This document shows positions 55,179 through 64,000 of a stretch of DNA of 64,000 bases, one piece after another (positions within the stretch are counted from its first letter, which is position 1; each line of letters opens with the position of its first letter). The stretch comes from Octopus sinensis. Its lineage: Eukaryota. The translations under genes were made by a program, and so were the position numbers. The DNA is taken from positions 55,676,001-55,740,000 of the forward strand of contig NC_043003.1 of NCBI RefSeq assembly GCF_006345805.1, in the 5' to 3' direction. Under the pieces are notes generated by a model, which saw nothing but the letters and a program-made list of their open reading frames with translations, had not been told where the DNA came from and searched no databases.

Positions 55179-55180
<2 letters not shown>
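54910..55180 (+). mobile_element. Best-preserved copy of the same repeat, ending at (TA)n
   Basis: Homologous to the reverse complement of 53130-53420. Confidence 0.7.
55022..55098 (+). ncRNA. Type I hammerhead-like motif with long stem III
   Basis: gagaca-CTGACGA-gcgtt-agtgta-aacgc-GAAA-tc...ga-TA-t-tgtctc; one extra nucleotide next to the cleavage site. Confidence 0.65.
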
Positions 55181-55231
<51 letters not shown>

Positions 55232-55235
<4 letters not shown>

Positions 55236-56335
55236 GTTGTCAAGTATGACATTTGTAGGAAAGAAGAAAATGTTTGCTAATGTTTTATACATACAGGAAA
55301 TAGTTTTATTCATCAAAATATGCACCCATATTGTCAATACACTTCTGCCATTTCAGTGGTAGCTTGTCCAGCCCGGAACTGAAAAAGCCGGGCAATCTAG
55401 ACGCAATAAAATCTTGGAAGACCTGTTTTACAGTATTGTCAAAATAAATGTTTTTCCCTATCAAAAAGTTATCCAAATTCTGTAAGAAGTGGTAGTCAGT
55501 GGGGGTAAAATAGACTGAGTATGGTGGATGATGGAGAAGTTCCAACTCCAACTTCTCATCGTGTTTGCGATGCCTAGTCTGGCGTTGTCTTGCAATAAAA
55601 TAGGAGTGGACCTGTTGACTAATCTAGGCTTTTTATTTGTAAGTTTCTGTATAATTTGGTCCAGTTGGCCTCAGTATACTTTGGTCGTGATTGATGAGCC
55701 TGTTTAATGAAATCATAATGGATCCCATCTGCACCAGACTGCCAAATACACACCATCAGCTTCTTTTGACGAATTTTGCTTTTTGGACTGTGTTTTGGTA
55801 GCTCGTCTTTGTCCACCCATTTGCACTGAACGTTTACGGTTGTTGTATTGGATTCATTTCTCATCACATGTTACAATGTGATGCAAAAATAATGCAGGCT
55901 TCCAAACGTTGCTGCTTCTGATTTTCATTGAGTTCATGTGGAACCCACTTATTCAACTTTTTCACTTTACCGATTTCAAGTAGATGAGTCAATGTTGTTT
56001 ACTTGCTAACCCCAATTACACATTGAAATGGATAGTCAATGGCTTGTAGTTCTTCATTATCTACCTTTGGTTCTGATCGACTGTCTTGTTCATTTCCCCA
56101 AAAGATCTCATATTTCAAAACTGTACGAACTTCCGACTTACCAATCTCTAAACAAAAATAGCAATAAAGGATTTATAAATACATTATAAAGCGCAAAATG
56201 AGTTAGAATAAAGAAATAGGTTTGTCAGCTTTCTAACAAAAAGTAGAGATTGTCAAAATATAATAATGGTGGAAAATGAACAGCTGTCAAAATTTACCAT
56301 ATACCTTACTACAAATTTCATACTTGGCAACCTAA
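55232..56335 (-). mobile_element. Mariner transposon with both TIRs, internally decayed
   Basis: TIRs ttaggttgtcaagtatgacattt / aaatttcatacttggcaacctaa; peptides QKKLMVCIW and LLHHPPYS...PTDYHFL...WQKCIDNMGAYFD. Confidence 0.92.
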
Positions 56336-56354
56336 GATATATATATATGAGTGG

Positions 56355-56415
<61 letters not shown>

Positions 56416-56959
56416 GAGTGGTCTATATATTCAATAGTGCCGAATGTTATTAATATTTTCAAACGGACCTGTTAAGGCTACCTTAAGTTCTGACACTCAT
56501 ATTTAGCGGCAACTATTTTACGCCTACGTTTGTTCTGAATCTCTCATCAGTTCTAGTTAAGACTGCAAGGAACAGTAAAACCAACCCAATGTAATTGACC
56601 ATTTCATTCTGGTGAGGCGACCGATTTAAACGTTAGTTGTCCTTCCTGTAGTCAGCGAACAGGTTTTGCTTGCCACATGTGCCAGTTCTCACTTGATTTC
56701 TTATAGCATTGTAGTGTGCGTCATAAATAATATATTTTTGCGTGGAATTCTGTAAAAGGGGGATTGTTATTAATGATTAATGTTTTCCTGTCAAGTTTTG
56801 GATTATGTTGAATTCATCCTTTAAGTAAATTCATTGTGATCTGGTGAGAAAGCCTCGAACTTCAGTGGTTAATGAGATAGAGCCGTAACGTTTTCAGTTT
56901 TGTCTTTTGCATTCCACACTATCATAAACAAATATTAATACTACATTTCCGGCGATCTG

Positions 56960-57150
56960 ACAGGAATGTTGGTACGCCGGACAAAATAATTAGGGGCATT
57001 TCAACCGTCTTTACATCTGAGTTCAAATTTCACTGAGGTCGACTTTGTCTTTCGTCTATTTCGGGGTCAATAAAATAAGTACTAATCGCGTACCGGGGGT
57101 CAATGTAATTGACGTATCTCTCTCTCCGAGGTAACTGGCTTTGTGCCAAG
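56960..57150 (+). mobile_element. Old OK-like SINE
   Basis: gagttcaaatttcactgaggtcgactttg...ggggtcaataaaataagtac body. Confidence 0.65.
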
Positions 57151-58840
57151 CCTTAAAACCAGTATCATATTCCTTCATTAGATTCTTTTCTTGGATAATA
57201 AGGCCGTCCATGTTTGGCTAGCTATAGTGCACTTCGGGAACTTGGTAATTTGTTCAACTATTCGTACCGTAATTCATCTGACTACCATAATATGAGTGCT
57301 TGGATGACTCTTTAGTGGCGATTCATCGTCTACCACGCTTCTTTTCGTAGGTTTACCTCTAAACACAAACTGGGTGTCTGTGGAGGTGGCATGCTTTTTC
57401 AAATAGCAAAGTGTATTTGGTGGGTCAGAACAGTATATTTCTATATCTACCACTACTTAATTTCTTTAGAATCTCCATAATATCCATTATCTGAACACCT
57501 ATCTTATAGCAGCTCCTATTTTCAAGAATCGGCAAATATGGCAAAGTGCATATTAAAACGATATTAAAAAAGAAAAAAACCTTTAATGATAAAATTAGAA
57601 ATTAATGAGAAATCACAAACTTTAAACTCGAAAGCGGACTTGTTACTAGGGATTATGTATTTGAGTGCAAACGAAAAGTAGGCCTGCTCCAATAATAGTT
57701 TGGGTAACTGAAATATTATTTCACTCTTGCATGTGATTCTGAAGAAACCGAAAATGCTTATAATTAAAGGAGCATCTTTAAAGCCGATATTTTCTTGTGA
57801 AATACCTTTGAATATGATTTTACTGTGTATTGATCGTCCTTGATATTTTTGCCGATCAATACACAGTAAAATATATATATATGTGAGCTCAAGTGCTACC
57901 CTAGATATAACAAATATATATGTCTCAGAATTTACACTGATTGCAAAAGAAACAAAGCATAAAGATGTATGAACCACTACAGATCAACCCCTGTTCGAAT
58001 GGCATCCTCATACTTTTGTAATCACAGTAAATCATCTTCTAAAAGTTTACGTTTAATAGTGAAACTACGAGACGAGGCCGATTAGTGTTAAAAATCATTA
58101 GTAGAATAGAAAGAATGATTCCGTCTGATAAGACTCGGAGAGGAAGCTGGGAAAATGAAGCAAAGTTGGTCAAAACGAAAGATAAACCTGTGAACTGAGT
58201 ATTAACGAATGTAGAGATACATTCTGAGATTGGAATTCTGTGCCACAACAATACTTAAGTATCCATGTACCCATGATTGAAGCTACGCTGTAATATATTG
58301 AAAACTCTATGGTGTATATAAGATGGAGACTGAAACAGGAAAATAATTAACAAAAATAATTTGCAAACGTATCAGTGTCCAACTAGTTATAAGAAAATGG
58401 AAATAAGTTAGATTAAATCGAGTATCAACTAGTTTTTAGACAGGTGGATTTTTACTTTATAACAGAGACGTATTAAGAAGAACATGCTTTTAAAAAATCC
58501 ATTTAATTTAGAAAAAAATTGAAAAGGATCTCTTAGAAGGTGACTATTTTAACACGACCATATATGTTTCATATATTTTGTATGTTGAAGCTTAGGCGCA
58601 TATAGATATATGCGTATATGTGTGAATGTGTGTGAGTGTGCGTGTGTGAGAGCGAGAGAGAGAGAGAGAGCGAGAAAACTTTCTAGATAAGACAATATTT
58701 GCTCGAGAAGAAAGAAATTACAATTATATTGCCTGCATACACGCTCGCAAAAAATCAAATATACGGAGTATGCGCTTATTCATAAAAACATGCATATATA
58801 TTACATACATACATATATATATATACATATATATATATGT

Positions 58841-58894
<54 letters not shown>

Positions 58895-59757
58895 ATACGT
58901 GCACAATAAATACATAGATCCATGCTTTCATGCATACATGGAAACATAAACATACATATATGTATAACAGAACGATACAATCAGTCATTCACACACGATG
59001 CGACACTCTAACATACCTTGTAACTCTCAAAAACAAATTCGCTCATACGCACATGCACGCGCGTTCGCACAGATACACGCATGCACGAGCGCATGCACGA
59101 GCGCCCGCACACACATACGTGCGCACGCACACAGATTCGCAGAAAACTACGCTTTAAACACAATCACGAACAAACGCAAATGGAAGGTTTTCGGATAGAA
59201 AACAAAATTTAATATAAGATCAGAGAAAATGTTGAAAAAGAAACTACAGCCTGATGTTTTTTCCTTCTAAGCTGCTTTTTTTATATGTGCTCCCAGCAAT
59301 ATTATATAACCAAAGCAACAGAAGGAAATTAAACGGTGCACACAAAAAAAATTAATAAACTACATTTGCTTGCAACAGGTCCAAAGGCGTACAGAATATC
59401 CTGCATCCATAAAATATCTAAGGACCTCAGTTGACGAAATTATGACTCGTATTTTGAGTAATATGTGCGTGTGTATCCCTGTAGCACTCTATAAATCAAA
59501 TCAGCGAATGCTGTTTTAATATTGCTGGTCACCATGCATGTCTTGCATTTGTTGCATCTTTCGGATGTTGCCCTTCCGATGGCTGGCACACTGGATCGGC
59601 TGCACAACCGATCCAGTCGGCCAGTCTGATTAGATTGGAGCAACGTGATATGAAGTTCTTTGCGGAAGAACACAAGGTAGTGACGTTCTGAGTGGAAACC
59701 TAAACCGCGATCAGAAGATAGTGAGTGCAAAATGCTAACCATTAGGCTAGGAACATT

Positions 59758-59812
<55 letters not shown>

Positions 59813-60012
59813 GCACTCCGTTGGAGGATAGAAAAGGCCTGTCAAAACAGTTTATACTTTGGAACCTGTTCTTCCTGCCACCCAGCACAGCTGTGCCTTC
59901 TTTAAGACAATGTACAAAACTTTCGCGGGGCTCAAGAGTAATACAAGGGCCTCAAATGACTGATTTCAATGATTCTTTCTAGTAATTGCTTTGCACATAT
60001 ACAAGAAAGCAG

Positions 60013-60053
<41 letters not shown>

Positions 60054-60059
60054 TATATA

Positions 60060-60441
60060 TCTATATAAACGGCAGTTTGTCTGTGCGTGTTTCTGTGTGT
60101 CTGTTTTCTCGTACCCTCACCCTGACCACGGCTTTCAACCGATTCTGATGAAACTTGACACACACATAGCCCAATGTCATAATTCAAAACTAACGCAGCG
60201 AAAATTTTGAAAAGTTCCCCCAGTTCTGAAAAAAATCGATAAATTCGACATGGGGTCGAGAATAAAAAAAAACAAACCACAGACTGTCTAGGGGACGCAA
60301 CTCAACCTTTTATTACTCTCAAAAAAAAAATTTACCATCATTTTTTTTCCATTTTTTGGCTATTTTTTGGCTATAACTCTCTAAAAATGCTTTATAGTTA
60401 TTTCCCTTACAAACCTGAGCAACGCCGGGCGATACTGCTAG
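60060..60441 (+). mobile_element. Non-autonomous Helitron, short variant
   Basis: A|TC start, subterminal cctgagcaacgccggg hairpin, CTAG|T end. Confidence 0.8.
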
Positions 60442-60450
60442 TATATATAT

Positions 60451-60745
60451 ATTCTTTTACGTGTTTCAGTCATTTGACTGTGGCCATAGTGGAGCACCGC
60501 CTTTAGTAGTAAAAATCGACCGTAGGGCTTATTCTTTGGAAGCCTGGTACTTATATGGGATTCTTCTGCCGAACCGCTAGTTACGGGGACGCAAACACAC
60601 CAAAATCGGTTGTCATGCGATGGTGGAAGGACACACACAGACACACACAAACATGCGCGCGCGCACGCACACACACACACACACACCACACACACACACA
60701 ACACACACACACACAACACATATATATATATATATACACACGACA
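60451..60745 (-). mobile_element. SINE, 5'-truncated (family of 4781-5222)
   Basis: Direct similarity. Confidence 0.8.
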
Positions 60746-60748
60746 GGC

Positions 60749-61160
60749 TTATTTCAGCTTGCACTCATCTGGCCCAACATTAGGCGAGACATCACTGGAT
60801 GTGTCAGGAACTGCCTGCCTTGCCAGAAAGCGAAGTTTCGTAGGCACATCAATGCACCCCTAGAAAAATTCAGCCATCCCGACGCTCAGTTCCAGAATAT
60901 CGACAAATTACTGTTCTTTCCGCAACTTCTTTCAGAACTTCTTGGGGGGAGGACACCTTCACTTCGTTTCTCCCCTTTCAAGCATTGCCTTATACTTGCA
61001 TACATCTCCGAGCCTTATATCTTCATATTTTTCTTCAGGCACTCTACCATTTCTTTCTTCGACGATACATAGTCCGAGGCCAGGCAGCTGCAAAACTTTG
61101 ACACAGAATAACTCAAACTATCACACCTCTTCACCCGACGCCCCTCCATCACACGAGAGG
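60749..61160 (+). mobile_element. Ty3/Gypsy integrase fragment
   Basis: IWPNIRRDITGCVRNCLPCQKAKFRRHINAPLEKF matches the integrase zinc-binding (HHCC) region; similarity is lost after ~60905. Confidence 0.75.
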
Positions 61161-63541
61161 AAAAACCTTGTACAGCAAAAAAAAAATAAAACAAAAAAAC
61201 ATGTATGTCTCGTACAAAATGAAAAAAGCAAATAAACTTTAGGATACCGGAAGCAGGCTTCTTACCACAGAGTCACGCTTGCGCCTATTCACACACACAC
61301 AGACACACACACATATATGTTCATATATATATATTATTATTATTGTTGTTGTTATTATTATAATTATTATTATATAAGAAGACATTGCAAATTAGGGATG
61401 TAAATTGTATTAATGCTCCCTTCTAGTTGAGATGAACTGAAATAGTATTTCAATGCCTTACTTTAAAATGTTCTCAAATAATGCTATTTTCCGAGCTTTC
61501 ATAAACACACTATACTTATTAATGTCTTCTCAGTTGTTGAAATTGTTATTTAGCCAGATTGGAGTCAGCATATATATGAACGAAGGCATTCTAGGCTTTG
61601 CCATCCGAGCATCTTTTTTTTTTTTTCAGACATAGCGTACCTGGAACTCCATTTTCCAGTTTGTAGGTTATTGTTTTTAGATGTACTGTGATATAATATG
61701 ATGCAAATTTGGATAATATTTCCCGCAGGTGGAGTAGCCCCATCAAGGACAACACTTTAGATAGTGTACGTAATATCTCGTTTACTATTGACTTGTCATT
61801 TGGAAAAATGTAAAGAAGAATGAAATATTCTTGTTCAAACAGCATGACTTCATTTACAAACGTGAAATAATCCCAAAACAAGAGCCCCGTGACAATACAT
61901 GCCATTAGATTTCGAAAGACATTATTGCATAACTGGATTATTAGCTATAAAATGTATTTAATCTGAGGGTAGAAAACATTGCATTTATGAAAATTAGCTT
62001 GGGTTCTCTTGTTTATATATTTTAAAAGCCACTAGAGGTATATTAGTGTCTACTAATTGAGCGGACCAACTCGTTTCGAATCACTTTATACAATACAGAG
62101 ATGTTACAGTATATCTATTTATTAAAGGGACCTTAGAGACATTGTTCATGGCCATATTCATAATCCTAATCACATATTCATAAGCTCGTATTCAATCTCA
62201 TTTTCATAGTCACAATCTCATATTCAACAGAATCTCATATCATCGCAATCTCATATTCATAATTAATCGGCATTATATCATTCACTTTTCACAATGTGAA
62301 AAGCTAGCCCTTTGTTTTGGGCAATTTAACATAAGAAGGGAATTCTGGAATATCAGTACTAAATGAGCACAGCTTCGTCAAATCTGAGTGTCGTCTTTCT
62401 AGGTTCGATACAGAAAACTATCTGCCAAGTACTGGGAGTTCATCAAATCGAGTATAACAGCTATTCAAATTTGAGACATTGTCCTTTTGTTAACAACTGA
62501 CAAGAACTTTAAATGAAACATATTGTGACTGAATTGAAATATAATGAATAATCCTTTTACATTCTATTCAGAAATGTAAACCATTTGTAGTTCATTAAAA
62601 AAAAACAGTAAAAACTGAGATGTACACATTTTACTGTTCATCTGTTGTAGTTATATATAAAGTACATCTCTGCATGACCAATGGTAGGCTAAAAAATATT
62701 TCCAAATGTAACAGTCGACCATTTATTTTTTATCAGAGGCAACATAATCCATGTGACATACCATTTAATACAGTCGGTGATAGTTTGTTTTGGATGAACA
62801 TCACTTAAATTTCTTTCGTGTAGGGAAATTCTGTAGAGTCTCCGTTATTTACTTATGTTTACCTGTCACGTTCCTCGGCATAAAAATAAGATTCGTTATA
62901 TCGTATGAATTCAAATGGTTTTCGTGAAGATCCCTTTTATTTTTCTTTGCCACTGATGACAAAAAGTTTACGTTCGGCGAGTCGAAATTTTAACTACTTC
63001 ACTACTCTTACTATTGGTGTTTCATACATTAGTTTTTTTGAAAATGCTTACACAAACTTTTAAAATCAAATATTGCAACGAAAAGTTTTTTAACATACAT
63101 CACTTAAAAAGCGTGGTGTGTCACTGTGACATGCGAGACATAAGGTTGACAACAATGTTCTGAAGTATATCGTTTCAGGAATATTATAAGTTACAGATAA
63201 TATAATTTCTCTTCACAATAATGTGAGTCTGAAATCTGACAGCGATTAAAATAAAAACATGCCATTGAATCTGAAGCTTTGTAAATAGCATTTTCAAAGA
63301 TGAATACTATGCAGAATGCTTTATATAGTCTTGGCAGAGAAACGTAGTATATGGGCTGCTTAAACAAGACCACCTGGATCTTAGTTATATTGAGTTGGTT
63401 CTACGTTATTGCAAGCAATTGGATCAAGAATTAAGATGTATGAATACAATCCTTCATTGTTTCCAACATTATTAGAATGTAACTTGTCATTCGTACAGGT
63501 GTTTCTCTTCTGAGTAAATCTTTAGCATTCAAGTGTCTAAG

Positions 63542-63622
63542 TCGCGAACATATTAGCAGCATTAGGTGCAGAACAAAACGCAGAAATAGATTTGTTGGGC
63601 CGAGCAACAATTGGCTCTGCAC
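63542..63622 (+). CDS. Candidate 81-nt symmetric (phase 1) coding exon, unidentified protein
   Basis: Peptide ANILAALGAEQNAEIDLLGRATIGSA; half of the codons start with G; consensus donor AC|GTAAGT; weak AAG acceptor. Confidence 0.35.
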
Positions 63623-63906
63623 GTAAGTCACACCTCACCACACTGCCAAGAGAAACACACATTCACACTCACACTCACTCGCCCGCATTGTAACACAAAG
63701 GCAAGCACACATATATAATGTATATAATCAAAAATGTTTGCATTTGGGTTCCTGCATTTTACAAGGATCACCTTTCCGAAAACTGAGTAAAGTTTGTTAA
63801 GTACAAATACCGACTTTTTTCTGAGTCCCTTTTCTACATAAATACACGCTCACATAGATACATACATACGTACATACATACATACATACATACATACATG
63901 CACATA

Positions 63907-63981
<75 letters not shown>

Positions 63982-64000
63982 TATGTATATATATGTATGT

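Noticed and set aside
57564-57977. 137-aa minus-strand ORF
   Set aside because: No motif or coding bias evident; it runs through a hairpin and a (TA) run.

Overview
AT-rich animal genomic DNA, almost certainly from an octopus (inferred from its tRNA-derived SINE families and dense (TA)n/(CA)n/(GATA)n/(CATA)n microsatellites). No host protein-coding gene is recognisable, and most track ORFs are microsatellite read-throughs. The window is a patchwork of decayed mobile elements: SINEs, CR1-group and Tx1 LINE fragments, Penelope-like (PLE) GIY-YIG remnants, Tc1/mariner, hAT and Mutator-type MITEs, non-autonomous Helitrons and a Gypsy integrase fragment, plus one 5S rRNA pseudogene. The main observation is a non-coding ~478-bp repeat at 18528-20414 (about 2.7 tandem units plus an inverted 594-bp block) carrying a type I hammerhead ribozyme fold, the architecture of a retrozyme or non-autonomous PLE derivative. 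At least five other unrelated hammerhead-like motifs occur elsewhere. Two Tx1 3' ends sit inside one (GATA)n array, and two SINE types share 3' tails with LINE fragments in the same window. All folds and alignments were done by eye; no database search was run.
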